Of a DNA stretch of 64,000 bases, positions 34,713 to 49,822 are shown one piece after another (position 1 is the first letter of the stretch; each line of letters begins with the position of its first letter). Source of the stretch: Phoronis australis (lineage: Eukaryota; Animalia; Phoronida). The notes beneath the pieces are model-generated. The model was not told the origin of the DNA. It ran no database searches and saw only the letters and a program-made list of their open reading frames with translations. The stretch lies in the NCBI GenBank assembly GCA_002633005.1, contig NMRA01000057.1:749499-813498 (forward strand), read 5' to 3'. A program made the position numbers and the translations under genes.

Positions 34713-37700
34713 ATTGTAAGAAATACAGGCGTATTATGGGAGTAACAGGCTAAATTCGATTTTCGTTTGCAGTCAGTTACAGGGCAAAATGCATCAATAA
34801 AGTCGTTCATTTTTCTTTCGTTTAGCACAGCAACTACCCCAGTGACGAACACTCATGGTCAGGTTGCCAATAAGGTGGTCGGCTATCTCACTATTCAAGA
34901 AAACACAATTTAGTTACATTTGCCTGTGTCTGGAATGCCCGACGCTACAGGAAAGTTTCAATCAAAACAGGTGGGTGACAATTTACAGACAGACGTTCCA
35001 AAATATTTGAAACCTATATATTCAGTTTATCACTAAAATGCACGCCAGTGTTCTCTTACCACACCTTGCCTATCCGCTGTCCGAACTTCCCGCGTCTCGC
35101 CCAGTTCAACACCGCATTCTTATGTTGCCACCGGATGTCACGTGATACCTTGTCGTTTGTCTCGCCCTTTCAACATAAGTGGATAATGCTTATCTATCTT
35201 TGAATGGACCAGTTCACTTTGCATTCGTGTGTGTCATGGCCTTAGGAAGCGAGTGCGGTTGCGTTAGGACGAAACTGTGGCGACATGATTAGGCAGTCGA
35301 GAAAAAGGCATAGCGAAATAATTAGAAGAGAGAACTAACAAAATATTTCTAAACAAGACTAATGCTAAATTTACTCTTTGGGAACCCTGGCCAGAAAATC
35401 CCTTCCAAGTTCTCCCAAAAGCGTGCGAGTTCACGAGTGTTTGCTTGAGTGGACGCAATGAACTTGCGTAAACACGAAACCCATACAAGACCTTGCGAGA
35501 TATCACCTGATGCCTTACACACAGATGCACGAGGAACGTAAATCATTTTTTTTTCTCGAAATTTTCTATAATGGAGAAAAGCTCTTATGATGGCATCACT
35601 TGTTGCTCGGCATTCGGACCAGAGCCATTGGGGAAGGATCCCGTTGATGAAATATTGGCTGATTATTTTCTGTATTTACTTATTTCTGTCGTTTCAAATT
35701 CTAAAGCAATACATTCAGTCCAGAAGCCAGTTTAAAGATTTGTCTCCACAATACAAATTCAAAGTCTTCCGCGAGGTTCTGCCGTCACGAAACTCGAGTT
35801 TACGCCACCCACTGGCAGGTGTCATGCGTTTTACCGCCGTCGCTTCGTTCGTCATTACACTGGCAGAGTGATAACAGGAAGATTTTTCAGTTCATGTAAC
35901 TTGTTTACTGGGGGCAGGGGCGCTGATGGATCTGAGACCACGATATTCATTCATGAAACGGCGTCAACCACAGCCTGTAGGACTGGCACGAGACTACGAT
36001 ATGGAACAGAAATTTTTGATTTCGCTCAGGGTAATACTACAAGAAAACGAGCTAAAGTGTAGTCGCTTTAATTGGTATTCTGTGAAATTCAGTCTTCGTT
36101 ATACACGAAAAAGTAAATAAAAATAAACGTTGATTTATTTGATTAATTAACTAGATTATTCACCTTTAATTGTGCCCCAATGCTAGTTTCTGCTAGTGAT
36201 GTATAACTTTGCAATCTTTCAATTCGCTGTCTTCACTGGCATTGCATAAAGTTGTTACGAACTTTGTCAGCTAGAGAAGTGGTGAAGGGCTGAACTGTTA
36301 ATCCACTGGGGTTTCCCTGCGTGGTTTGGAACCCCATCCTCATCGAAATGTTGGCAGCGCCACCAATTGGCTGTTGCAAGTAATAGAGACCCATATACTT
36401 CCCAACATGCCAGGTAATAGACTCTATTCACGCGGCGGACATTAAAATCCAAAGCGAGGCTCACTGCGATAAACAAAGCGGAAATTTACATTGCGTGAGA
36501 TAAATGGCCGGTCTTTGGAGTCCAACCTGAATATTAAATCTTAAAAATGTGTCAATAATTAACCACAGAGACGTAGAAAAATACTGTTAAAGAACAAGTC
36601 AATGCACCAAAGAGTTGTCTGACGAAAGGATGAAGGTTTTTTTCCGGAAAACTAGGTTCGAATCATGAAAAGTAAACATGACCAAATTGCGGCGATCCTA
36701 GTGTTACGGATTAGGTACGTATCATGCTGAATGCAGGGTTACGTTTCTTCTAATAAATTCTTGATAAAAATGCTTTCTACACGAACCAGGTCATCTGGTC
36801 GTATTGTTGACGAGTTGAAGATATGTTCGACAGTGNNNNNNNNNNNNNNNNNNNNNNNNNNNNNNNNNNNNNNNNNNNNNNNNNNNNNNNNNNNNNNNNN
36901 NNNNNNNNNNNNNNNNNNNNNNNNNNNNNNGGGGGGGAGGCGACATCCTCAAAAGCGGGCAAAGCGCGATTGTATGCACACAGGCGGCTCGGAAGTTGCG
37001 GGCGCCGAAGATGTATACCTTCTGCTCAGGAAATCTGTCGTTGGACTAAAAACAAAAATAAAACGGAACATGTTTTCCCCCCTCGTCCGCTACCGGTCCT
37101 ACTAGTAGCTCGAACTCAAAACGTACAAGTTAATTCCTCCCGCTTCACCGTTTGCTGGTTTATTTTGCTTGCGGCAGTCAAGGGGTGTCCGGGCCGCTGC
37201 CCCCCCCCCCTAAATCCGCCTATGATTTTGTACTTTTTCAGATTGTTACCTCTGTGGTCACTGGTGATTTGAACCGTTGGAGAGAAATTTTCAATCACAA
37301 AGGGGATTTTTAGGCCTCGTGGCCGGGAATTTCGCGTGATTTTTAAATATTTTTGAGAGGGTATTAGGGCCGATATTTGGTCACAAAATTGAGAGATTGA
37401 GGGCCCTGGCTGTCCTTTTTGTAAAGAAAAATGCATCGCGCTTCAACCCATAGTCATGTAAACACAGCGTGGCTGGCCGAAGATTCTCCGTCCTCGTTGC
37501 TATGGCGGAATCCAGTCCGACATGCGATAAATTATGATTCGAAAACAGTTAGAAATTTTATACGGACATATTTTCCTTCGTCACGGCGTATGGCAAGGAC
37601 CCAACGCTTCCGAATCCCAATGTCCTTAGGGATTGTAAAACAGAGTGTCCGTATTTTTCTAGCTGTTCGAGCAACGATGCGTACAACTACGCGGATAAGC

Positions 37701-38883
37701 CACCAGAGCTATCGTAGCGAGCCTCGTTTTGGAACGCGCCTCCTGTCGGCGTGAATAGGGTCAGCAAACTTAATTTTTCCTTACAAACCTGTTGGTTCAC
37801 GCCCTGTCAACACTCTCGGATAAGTCTTATAAGACTTTGAGTCGATTTCGTGCCGACTTCGCACACGACAAAATCGGTCGAAATTTTGGAGCACAATCGT
37901 ACAACTGTGTGTTTCGAAAAGCCAAGTCGGAACACCTGTCTTCACACTCAAATTATCACATACTGAAGTCGATTACAGAGCCGTAGGCCTTAGTAATCGA
38001 CATATTGGAAGCGTCAGGATTTACTAATTATTTGCATGTGTGGAAGAAAAAATCGTCGCAACAACAGGCCAGTCACGCGTCTTAATCTTTTGGCTCCGAT
38101 CTTGTGACGTCATCTCTAGACTACCTGTGAGGTCATCCCCAGGCATTCGATACCATTACGCATTAGCCAGATCTTCGAATACTGCCGATGAAAAACACTG
38201 ACAATAACATTTTAACGTTGGACGTTATTGTCAGATTCGTTATTAACTGAAGATAAAAGTCGGTTAATTACAGCCTTTAAACGAAAGAACGACATCCTAG
38301 TAGTATTTTTCTTATTTTGATGAGACGAGTTCAGCGTAGCCAATATTCCTCTAAGTGCATTGGAATCACAGTGTCCTGCTAATAAAATGTAGTTGTTGAT
38401 CTATCCAAGAGAGTTCATTGTGCTCGAATTAAATCTGGTCGGCTGCTGGACGACATACTCACGAAATAGAACTCCTCGAACCCCGGAGACATCACGCTTC
38501 CTTTAAAGCGATCATGGTATTGAAGATTGGTGGGAAACGTGTCTTGCTTTCTCACGAGGTCTTGTCTGGTTAGAACCTTCACGTAAACTCTCATCCCGAG
38601 CAGACAGCACTTTGAATCGAGCTCCGCCTTGTTTGTTAAGTGAGGGATTGTGTGAGATTGTTCACCAGTCTCAGGAGTTTAATTTTGTGAGTAGTATTGA
38701 CCAGCAGACGAGAATACAATTAGTGTCTTGCTAGTCAACAGTGACTTTGTGAACGTTAGGCATGATGTTCACCCGCCGGTTTATCATCCAGAACATGACT
38801 CAAGTCTGAAAACATGCATTTTGATGATCAGCTGATTAAAACATATTAATTGATCTCATCCTTGATTGACCAAGAACCAGATG

Positions 38884-39129
38884 CAGTAGCGTGTTATGTG
38901 GTTTGGTGATGCTCGGGCCGAGTTTACGGGATGCTCCTTTCTCCACGCAAATGCGCGGACGAACCCTTGCACTAAGAAAAGTAAATAAAGATGAGACATA
39001 AAGTAGAAACTTTATTCAGTTTATCTACAAATCAGTCACGATTTCAAAAGGTTTACTCATAGTGATTCAGTGGGTGCCTTTCCGATGTGGATGCCCGGAG
39101 CCCCCCCTCCCCCCCCTTGCACGCTACTG
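38884..39129. mobile_element. hAT-type MITE, 246 bp
   Basis: Perfect TIRs cagtagcgtg/cacgctactg and perfect 8-bp TSD accagatg (38876-38883 and 39130-39137). Confidence 0.88.
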
Positions 39130-40142
39130 ACCAGATGTCAGAGTTATTCATCGTTCTCTGATGCTAATGGACGCTGGATGCGCAATTTGGTTCCAAATTT
39201 GTTGAACGCAGGAATACACAGCGACATTGCAGCAATTCATAACGAACTGATTTGCAATTACCCTTTTTGATGTACCAATCTTGATGATTGTTTGCGCACA
39301 ACTGCATGACCAGGGGCTGCGTATTCATAGAGATTTCTCCGAATGGGTTTGGAGGTCTCGTTTAAGGAAACAGAAGGTGCCAGGTCCGCCGAATACCGGT
39401 TGGTGCAGAACTCTTTTCAGACTTATAGTCATTAGGTCACGTGACGTGGCCACAGGTGCCGTGGCGTGCTGAGCAGACCTAGAAACGTTTGAGAAGCAAT
39501 TCTAAGCAAACAACAAGTGCACACATTTCACAATGAAACGCGTTTTGTATTGTTTACTCTTTTCTACGCTTGGAATATCAAATTAGTTTTGGAAAACCGT
39601 CCACTGACATATAACTATACACATACAGCGAAAATAGACAATGTTCAAGTAAAAAATCATTGATACTTTAAGAGAATGAAAAACTAATTTTAAACAAAAA
39701 TAAAACAACGACACGTCATAGGGATCAAATGACTTAATGCAAAGTTCGAACATTTTCACCCAAAAATGGGAATCATAGATAAATGCAATCATTTGATTTC
39801 ACAAAATATTTCATTTCATTTAATTTCACAACAAATTTCACTTGTAGTATGAGATCAACGGGTTAGAGTGTTTTAGCAAAATTTACTTGTACGTGTACAA
39901 AGTACATGTATCTGCAGACAGTAATCTCTTGTTTTTGATTGAGAACTATGATATGAAAATATCAAAACGCGATTTTACTCCTTTCCAGTACTGGTACACG
40001 TCCACGGAAGTTTGCCACAACACCTCAATATCTTACTGGAATGTATTACAAGGAATGCAATGGTGCTGATTTCTCCACATGTAAAGGTAGTGCGCGTAAG
40101 ATTCTGATAATGCAACAAGTGGTAATTAAAAGCTGCATCGCG

Positions 40143-40348
40143 TCACGTATTTCGAGAGGAGGCTATGGAAGGCATTGACAATTGACTCGTCGCATACATC
40201 ATCTTCATCTGTGCTTTCTTCATCTTGTGCTCTCGTTTTCTCTGTACAACCAGGCATCCCCCAGCGACTAGAACTATGCACGTCAGCAGTATAAGCCAAA
40301 TAATAATGCCCAGTACTATGTCTCCTCGCAGCACCATGTTAGAAGACC
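40143..40348 (-). CDS. Gene B last exon, TM and tail
   Basis: [25 protein letters not shown] followed by QRKREHK. Confidence 0.85.
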
Positions 40349-43300
40349 CTGTAATGGACAACGACATTAGACTGGTATGGTGTCTCACGAAATATGATTA
40401 TCAAGAAGTGGTTTTACTGGGAACTAGGGCGTTTTCCTTATTCCAAGAACCCTCATTCTGGTTTACAATCGGAACAAGAGCCACAGCTGACTGTCATTGC
40501 AGAGAACAAACATTTTTACGAGCTTTGCCACCGGTTTCATTTCTCTACTATTTGAGTCAACGGTGTCATTGTCCCTAACTCCTGTGCCTTGCCAACGAAA
40601 CGTTGGTACTCCTGGAATACGACAAAATACCATTAGTTCCTAGTAAAACAATTTCTTTGTATTCACATTTCGTAAACTTTTTGCGTACATTGTTGGGACA
40701 CTCAGCATTGAATCAAATTTTACAGAGCGGCATTGGAGAGAAACTGCGGTATTAGCCGAATATTATTCGGAACTAATGATTCAGTCGCTAAGCTCAATTT
40801 CCATTTAAAACCTAACAACGCCGATCGTATTGACGTTTCTTAATCTTGAAACTCATTAGGTACATCTGGTGACAGAATGACTGTAAAATCAATCACATCT
40901 GTGCAATATTCCAACGCTCTACTCAACAGGTCTGGTTTATGTTTCAACGCATCAAATAAAACTACAATCGACAAACAATGGATAAGTTAATTAAAAGACA
41001 ACGATTGCACAAATAGCAAAAGAGGTTTCCAGATAAAAAAATTAAATAAATTAAAGTACGAAGGCCTCCTCTTTCAACAGATGCATAGGAAAAGACGAAA
41101 CCATACGTACTACAATAAAAACTTACTTTATAGACACAAAGCAATTATTTTTCATTTATTAAAGTGTGTAACATGTGCATCTATTACAATCTATTCCGAG
41201 TGCTCGCGGAAGGATCCAGGGGAAGGGTTGAGACTCCCTGTTTTAGCAAAAGCGTAAACAAAACCATGGACAATTTCCTTTTTATTCTTTCCCATGGACT
41301 GCTGGGCGCAAAGATCACTACATTAGGTAGTTCCCACCATGACCCTGTATCTCAAAAAGAATTTTATTAGTACATCTTGAGACATTTAATAGCCTTTAGT
41401 ATACCTGTTGATAAGAAACAAGCCAAAATTTTAAAAACAAATAGTTTTCTATTATCGGCGCCGCTCGTGCAACTATTTCCGTGACAACGATAGCACGCTC
41501 ACAATCCGCCGGCTATTTCAGATCATGATCTTTCGCCACTTTCTGATTTTAACTACCAGACCCAAGCCAGAGCAGATTATGGGGTAGATAACTCTTATGA
41601 GAAAGTCACTCACGTAATGTGATTATCATATATAACTAAAAAGGGCAAAGATATTTCTAATGCCGCAAGTCGTGGGTAGAGGGGTTATGGGTCGTGGGGG
41701 TCATGGGGGACGAGAGGGTTTTAGAACAATCCGAAATGTGTCCTCACCTGAGACTTGTGCAGCTTGGTTCGGAGCTTCCGAATAACAAAGGTAACTTCCG
41801 ACTGAGTTGACACAAATTTCCGTCTGAGAGTTACATACATTAGCGCCACTTTTGCACTCGTTGACATCTGCAAAGGTACACCAAAGCCTATAAAAACCAT
41901 GCGTGTACTTGTGAAATCATATTTAGCCTTTATTTGTGAATCTGCAACAAATATCTACACTCTATTTTACTGATACAGCCTTCGCGAAAGGAAATTATAT
42001 TAACAATGGCACATGTTTTTAACTTTTAATAGGTTAGGTTGTCCCTGTTTTACTAGTGGAAAAGCGTGCAATTTATCGCAGATTAAGGAATCTTTTATTA
42101 AGTTCATCTAACTGCCCACACTCTAAAATTTGACGAACAGGTGACAAATGGACTTTATTGTGAAAAACATCAGCTTGGAAATTGGTCTAGGTTTCTTTTT
42201 TACCAAGGGACCCCTCTTTTAAGACGTTATAGAGATTGTTACTGTTTTGCCACTGAAACAGGCCCAAAAACAATCGGTTGTTTTCTTTACAGGTAAAGGG
42301 TCGTCATCGGAAACTAGGTGAAGCAGTATGCTAGAGTACTAAATATATCGACAAATGGTGCACATTGCGGAGACTGGTCACAAGGGAGATTAATTTTCGT
42401 ATCGGCTTTACCCACTTGGAACAGTCTGCTAAAGGCCGCAGGTCTTGATGCCTAAATATGAATCTTGTATTGCACTGCATTTAGGCCTAAGTTCCAACAA
42501 AATGACTTATGTTTTCGTGGCGTTTGCACGGCCGCAGATTTTACGCTCGGAACAAATTGAGCATCATAGCTGTGCATCTTTAATGTCGTGTTTACTTTGA
42601 TGTGCGCCGATACTACCTGCGTCTCCGGAAGAGCTTAGCGGGTTTTCCACCAAGGCGTTGTGTCTACTCTTTTTACTGGACATCGAACTCCACAATTCTT
42701 GGCATCTACTGTATGAACTCAAGTTAAGTGTCTACTATTCTACGCTTGAGTAGATTATAGCTTACTAGATAACTATCTAATCCTAGCAAAGTTCGTGTTT
42801 GAAATCGAAACTTCGAGTTTTTACTCGAAATCTTGATTTTTAACCCGAGTTTACAGCTCGAATCTAGGGATCATCCAGTGGGAATTTGGAATAAAACTCA
42901 TATGCATAAGCCGTAATGTACAAAAAGTAGAACGGAAAATGTCAAAAATAATTTAGAGTTAAATTTCGAATAAAAAGTTTAGATACCAACCCCAGGGTGT
43001 GGCCCAGAAACGTTCGTCTTCCGAATAGATTCTGCGTCCCTAAGGTGCTTCTTTCGGAAAAGTGGTGGGACGCTTTCCGAAACTTGTATTGTGGATTGCA
43101 ACTCCTTTTCCAGGTATGGGGTTTAAAAACAGTGTAAACTGAAAGGGTTTTTAGCTTCAGTGGCGGATTTAGAGGGGGCCATAAAATACTCCCAAATTCC
43201 ATTTGGCGGTTCGGGGGTGCGTATGTCTGACGGCCAAAATCCTGGCTAATACTCTGCCGTGGCCCCCCTCCTAACTCAAAATCCTGGATCCGCCTCTAAG

Positions 43301-46300
43301 CCTGGCTATAATGCAAAATCTTGTAACGTCTTGCTCAACACTTTCCGTAAGTGTGCGTACAGCAAAACAACCCGTACAGATCCCCAAGGTGGGGGTTTAG
43401 ATCCTTACTTTCGTACAAGTCAACATGGGTTGTTTCTTGGAGGGGGTTGTTCGGAAAATCCTGGGTACAACCAAATTCAGTGCATTTGGTAACGTTGCCA
43501 CTTGCCTATGCATGAAAGTTTGTCAGCAGCCACGTTGAAGCCAATCGGACAAGAACATATGAAGCTACCGAGGGTGTTGGTACACGTTTCTTGACAACCG
43601 CCATTTAGCGTAGCACACTCGTCGATGTCTGAAAAATGCCAAAACTCATGAACACCAAAATACGAATACTCTTTAATCAATGATGACAAAGTGCAAATTG
43701 TTGTTTTTGCACCTTATTCACCACCAAACAGCAAACAATAGGGCCATCCTTATTCATTGGTTATTGATGTGGAGTGGATGCAGCGTTTGTCAGAGGTGCC
43801 ATCAAACTCCTGATAAAGTTTCTGATGGCAAGCTTAAGCTAGACCTACTTTATTTCTTTTTATAAGTTATTGTATGTCATTAATTATCGATAGAGTAGTT
43901 TTACCGGCTGTGTCCAATGAGCATGCGCACACAATAAATATATTGATTTTATAATAATCGTCATCATCTCTGGATAAAAATTCAATACAACGTGCACCAA
44001 TTCAAAATATACATGTATAATCTCACGATAGTAAATGAAACCATTTTTTCAGTTTTCATAATTTTAAAAGCTAGATCAACTGCCATTGATTTTTGCAAAC
44101 GGAATCTGATAACTCAGAGTCTTTGATTTGAACAAACAACTCACGCCGTTTAACAAGCCCGTGCGGTCATATTTTGCTCCTATGGCAAACGCTAACGCCC
44201 CCCAAACTCATTGTACAAGTACAATCTTACTTCTCGTCTATTTCACATAAAAGACAATACATGTACATCAAACAATAAATGTGCCTGCATTCAAATTTAT
44301 AAGTAGGCATGGGAGTGGTTAAAAATAATATACTGCACTCGACTTTGGCCTATTGACATATATTAACAACGACTTCAGCACCCAACTCGGGGAAAACAAA
44401 AATTATGGACTCCAACCCTCACCAACGCTCAAAAGTTTTGAACAAATTATGAAAACTTACGAAGTCTGGGATATGGGCAAACTTGAGGTACGCTTTTCAC
44501 GACAACTGCAGGGATAAGACACCCACCAAGAACCCCGGATAACAATCATGTGGTGACGCGTGAGCATGAGATTTTTTAAAATAAAACTTTGGCCTTTGTC
44601 ACTCATTAATAAAAGTAAGACGCAAGTGGTGCATTAGCAGGGGACAGAACGAGAATTGGTTGAAATCCCAAAACGAGGTTTAGTACCTCAATATACTGTT
44701 TATATAACACCGACAAACAAATGTATACGATCTGTGACTTTTACAAAACGGTTCCCGTTCGGTTTTCGCGATCAGATTGAAGTACCTTGGTGTACTAGGG
44801 GTCTCAAAGGAAAACTAAGAGCCCAGTAACACACAGGTCATTCGTAGTAAAAAGTCGAGTGGCGTTTGATTAAGCATTGTGTAATCTGCGCAAGGAGTGT
44901 AGTACAATTGGAGTGTTCACCGGTGGATTCGATGTTATCGCTACTACTAGCGCCGCCTAGTAGCAAATAAGCAATGGTCAAGTACAACGCACAGGAGACA
45001 ATAGGGAAGGAACCCTTTTGCAGAGCAAAAAACTCCCCAAATTCATTCTCGAAAACACCAGAAATGTCATTTTTACGTTTCCTAAGTAACCAGAAAGGCA
45101 AGGATTTTGTGATTCAATAAAGGATATGTTGTCTACATACCCATGGCCATGAGTCAATACGACCGGTGACGGCCACAGGATCTCAAGTCTATCTTTGAGA
45201 CAAATTGGAGAATCTGTGAGTCTGAGTGACGAAGAAATCGACATAATTTTATTATGCCAGTTAGCCCAAGTTAAGCCAACACCATTGCGTCCGAATGAAA
45301 AGTCGCCAATGATTTTGGGCGGCGGCCCTAAAAATTATCCCTGGAACGACACTTGTAATGAAAACTTGGAAAATACCCTGGATGGCACTGACATAACCAC
45401 CGGTGCATGGCCACTGGTCATTACAAAAAGTGCTTGGGGCATGCACAAAGCGAGGACCAAATCACATCACCACATCAGCATATGTTGTCAATGGTCAGGG
45501 GCATCTGGCAACCAAAATGTGTTAGGCTCAACACCCAAGTGGCACACTCCTTGATTTTTATCTGTTTTGCACTCCTTCCATGTACCCCTTGCCTTTGCCA
45601 CCTGGGCGCAACTACCTCCCTCCCATCCGGACCCCAGGAGCAATCACTAAAATCATTGGGTTCATGGAGGCATCAAATGTAATTAGGAGCGGTAATTTGC
45701 CTTATTAAACATGAACTAAAACCATGGCTAATTTGAATGGAGCTTCAGGAGACAAAGGAAAAATTTTACTGTCTATCATACTGTAATGTTGACAAAACAC
45801 ACATTTTCATTCTCACTTGATTTTAGGTGAATGCAAATATAGGCCTATCTTTCCATTATAATCACACAGTAATTTTATTTCTCATCGAGCGTCGTTAAAA
45901 TATGAATTTATCTGTGTTTACATGTTTCGGACTCCCACTGCTAAGTAAGTTTTGCTTATTCGCCTCTTGGGTCGCTAGTTTTTCGTCCGATAACCATTGC
46001 GGCGAATGGGAGTGGGACATCTTATCGTACTACAATCCTTGATCTGAATAACAAACTAAACGGTACATAGTTTTGGTGAAAGACGCAAGTTTCCGACCGC
46101 AAGCCCCATCTCGTTTCATAAACCTGTCGACACGTTCTGAGAACGGCATTGGTGTGAAAGGACCCAAAAGTTCTAGTTATATTGCTGCTTATAACCGGTG
46201 ATAATCGCTGAAGTTTTAAGACGAAAAGGTAAGCGGGCATAAGTGACATCCTATTAGCTAGGGTTGACAGCTAACTTCCGGCTATCAAAACTCTGTGGTA

Positions 46301-48517
46301 GGATGCGTGACCCCAACACTTCAAAGACAATTGTCACTCGCCTTTGCAATTTCTGAAGTCATCTTCCAATTCATAACCTTTATTGCATTTACACTTGTAA
46401 CTTCCCAGCGTGTTTATACACTTGTGCTCGCACCCGCCTTCCTGAATTAGGCATTCGTCGATATCTGTAATAATAATTAAGAAAACTCAATCGCTTAACT
46501 TTTAACGATGTATTGCATTTTAGGTAACACATTGAGAGCACAATCGCCGAGACACCAGTGTAAGCCTGTTCTTGAATTGCGGATTACTTTTAACCGAGAT
46601 GTCTCCACCAAATGCAGAATCAAAATGGCCCGATATTAATGTACAAATTGTTGCTCTACGCAAAAACAGCAGTTCAGAAAATCTTTTATTGTACTGAGTG
46701 TTGGTACTTGAAAAAATGAGTTAGTGCTGATGAAAACAACAGATTCAAATGAAACATATTTGTCGTGTCCGTGCACGGAGGTCACCAATGAACATGTTTG
46801 CCGTAAAAGGGTCTTTCCTTGTATTTATCCAATACTGAATAGAACGGGACCTTTCGTAAAATATTCACCAGTATGTTTTCTTGCGTGTGACCGTCAGGTA
46901 CTTAATCCAACAGGAAAAACTTTCTTTACTCACCAGTTTTACCTGGTGGGCCAGACCGACCAGGATTACCAACACTGCCTGTCTTGCCCGTTGATCCCAT
47001 GCGACCTTTAACGCCAGTTTCTCCCTTTTCCCCTGACTTCCCTGGCGAACCAGGTGGTCCCCAACCACCGTATCCCCCCGGTTCACCAGCCTGTCCGACA
47101 TCTCCCTTAGGACCCTTTTCGCCCGGCGGGCCTGGTGGTCCCGGTACACCAATAAAACCCTGTGGTCCGAATTTTCCTTGTTGTCCAGTTGCTCCAGCTG
47201 GGCCTTGTGGTCCGTAGGCACCAGGGGGTCCACTTCCTCCCGGCGGACCCGATGAGCCTTTGTTTCCCATTCGCCCTTGCGTACCCTAAAATTAAAACAT
47301 GGTGCTGTGAAGTTAGGCTTTGCTTTCGATATACTCCAAAACTATAATTGGTGATGTTTCCAGTGGCTGCTCATATTTGAGAAAATCCCGTCCAGTAACA
47401 CCAAGTAATTATTTCGTGTGTGATAGAGTCAACAAGGTAACCGCTTCGTGGCCATTATGTGCCTTCCATGACTGTACTTACCTGCTGTCCTTGTCCCCCT
47501 ACTCTCCCGTATGGTCCTGGGGGTCCTTGTATTCCCGGAGGTCCGGATGGCCCCGCAGCTCCGGGTGCCCCTATGGAACCAGGAGGGCCAACAATCTCTT
47601 CAAGAAAAGAAAACATATACAGGAATTGTAGCCTACAAAATCGAAGCCTATAGTGTAGTTGTCACTCCGCAGTTCTGAACCCGTAGTAATATCAAATGCA
47701 GGTAGAAATGTCACCAGCACAGTTTGCACAACCCTGGCCTGTGCTTGTTGTCACCGTGGCGAAATCGACTTGGTAAAATGTCCCGTTACCATGCATCATG
47801 GAAATTGTTACTATGTTTGAGTACCAGTAACATATAACGATACTGCCAAATCGATATCCGGATACTGTCTCGATACTGAACTTAACCTGCATGGGTATAG
47901 TAAAACTAGTCAATTTGGGACATATTTGGTCTTTTAGCCCTGGGATATACTCGACTACGTGTTTTGAGGAGATGTGGTTCTGGGAAAGTGAGATACACAC
48001 GGCCCTCGATCTTAGCGATTCAGTGTTGCAATGTTACTATTTGTGAGCTTGAGTTCGACTTCACGCTGGCTAGATTTAGTTCATGCAGCAAGTAACTGAA
48101 TTGGAAAATAAAGCGTGGGAACATCGAGCCAGTCACATTAGTTCAACTACTGAGTTGTTTTCGTTTCGTTTCCTTTACTGCATCAGTATTTCTGGAACTC
48201 GGTATAATACCTGCACCGGAAATCGGTAGCCCCAACCCTACGCATTGATTCCTTGCTCACACCAAAAACATTCACAGAATTTTAGTGACGTCAGCCCTGA
48301 TTGGTCACTAAGCTCGTAAGCCCACTGTTTCGCAATAGTGGGCTTCATTAAAGAGGATAAACTTAGTTAATTGAGTATTATTGTTGAACTTTAGAATGTT
48401 CTTGATTTGATTTACATGTATACTTATGCAGTGACACCCCATAACTGGTGCGATTGGACACGTACCTTGACTCTTGACATTTAAGCACAAACTCAAGAAG
48501 ACAGTCAAGTACTTCAT
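40143..48517 (-). CDS. Gene B, about 363 aa: signal peptide - collagen (51 uninterrupted triplets) - 2 cbEGF - truncated EGF - TM - tail. Exons: 48517-48466, 47597-47482, 47285-46934, 46464-46342, 43628-43506, 41867-41748, 40348-40143
   Basis: Seven exons sum to 1092 nt in one open frame. Two introns require GC donors. Confidence 0.82.
40385..40675. repeat. Degenerate foldback/MITE with imperfect inverted arms of about 70 bp
   Basis: acgaaat...ttttactgggaacta pairs with tagttcctagtaaaa...atttcgt. Confidence 0.5.
41748..41867 (-). CDS. Gene B truncated 4-Cys EGF exon (not in ORF track)
   Basis: [40 protein letters not shown]; tgcag/gtgagg boundaries. Confidence 0.85.
43506..43628 (-). CDS. 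Gene B cbEGF exon, GC donor
   Basis: [41 protein letters not shown]; G|GCAAGT donor. Confidence 0.87.
46342..46464 (-). CDS. Gene B cbEGF exon (not in ORF track), GC donor
   Basis: [41 protein letters not shown]; G|GCGAGT donor. Confidence 0.87.
46934..47285 (-). CDS. Gene B collagen exon 2 (39 triplets)
   Basis: GTQGRMGNK...GPPGKT; tttag/gtgagt boundaries. Confidence 0.9.
47482..47597 (-). CDS. Gene B collagen exon 1 (12 triplets)
   Basis: [38 protein letters not shown]; gtaagt donor. Confidence 0.87.
48466..48517 (-). CDS. Gene B exon 1, signal peptide [17 protein letters not shown]
   Basis: Short hydrophobic N-terminus; ttacag acceptor at 48539; G|GTACGT phase-1 donor fits the next exon. 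Confidence 0.68.
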
Positions 48518-49822
48518 GTTCGAAGGGTTCCTCACAATCTGTAATAATATAATCACTGTGTTAGTTGGAACTCGAAAATTTTTAAATGCACGAAAATTAT
48601 TTTGTTTTGAGCTTCTTCCGGTTTTGCAGTCAGTCCAAAAAGACATTTCTATCGTGGGTGAAACCCAGTCATGCTAGGGTCTCTTACATTTAATGGAACC
48701 TAAACATCAAAAAGCCATGGAAAAATGGGAGCACGTTAATTCGTTATAACGCGGTACGTGTAGCCTACCTTCAGCTGTATGGCAGTCTTATGTATGTACT
48801 CATTTAACGCTGCCAGGCACTTTCATTGTAAACATTCCTCAGGTTCATATATATGTAACGATTACTTCCTATATTCCTAAGATTTCCTCAGCGTACCTTC
48901 TACCCGTTTTGAGCCATACTCATTTAACCGGCTGTAGGTTGTACACAAGCGAGTTCAAATGTTCATCGCTGAATGGCAGCTATTGAGTGAAAGCTCTTGT
49001 GTTATATAATCAAGATCGTTTTGTTTGCCGTATTCGTCGCGAAGCGGCTTATAATATCGTAATATTTGTATGCGGTCTGACATTGGCGCTTTCCGTAGAC
49101 GAAAAGCACGTACCGGTACTCGCGCTGCGCTTCCAATGCATTGTTATATCTCGCGAAGATATGCGTAATCTTGCTTTTCTCGTAACAATCTAGTCCACGG
49201 AACGCAGCGCTGGGTAGGTGTTCATAACGCCAGCCAGTGACACTTTCTTGCAGAATGGTGAATGTTGGCTAAGACCCTTTTGTCCACCTGACGTCACACG
49301 CATGCTGGCGCCCCCGGTGGAGGTTATGAGACTTCGCACTGGTCCTTCAGCCAGTGTAGAGCCTAGCTGGTAACTCGACTCGGGATGATGACATCATCTA
49401 TATCGAAGATACTCTATACCGATATGTTTGTTTGTATGCCAGGCCACAGACAGTGCTGTTCTTGAATGAAATTATTTACGGATATTTAGACAAATCTTTG
49501 GCAAATGAGAGTCGATTTTCAGAGAACATTTTGGCCTACATAACTTTCAAAATTTTAAAGAAAAATAAAATAATCGAATGCTCGGCCACATTCCACTGAC
49601 AGACAGCAGGCGTCTTATCACTGCCGTAAATCAGGAGAAGCTGAAACGTAAACACATACTTGTAACGTGGCCATTCGCGTACCGTAGTGTACGCACTGGA
49701 CTTCAGACACTCAACTGAGCAAATTTATTTATCATGCCGCAACCTCAGAATTCACCATGTAACATATCACAACTACATTTTTAATTCTTAAATTTTGAGG
49801 ATTGACGAAAGTTATGATACAT

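Noticed and set aside
44400-45700. Extra exons or a separate gene in gene B intron 4 (ORFs at 44838-45682)
   Set aside because: No EGF, collagen or other motifs, and the flanking exons already join in frame.
40143-48517. Naming gene B or C as CCBE1, or gene A as FCGBP
   Set aside because: Domain order and topology differ (collagen before EGF, C-terminal TM, no VWD repeats), so no gene symbol was assigned.
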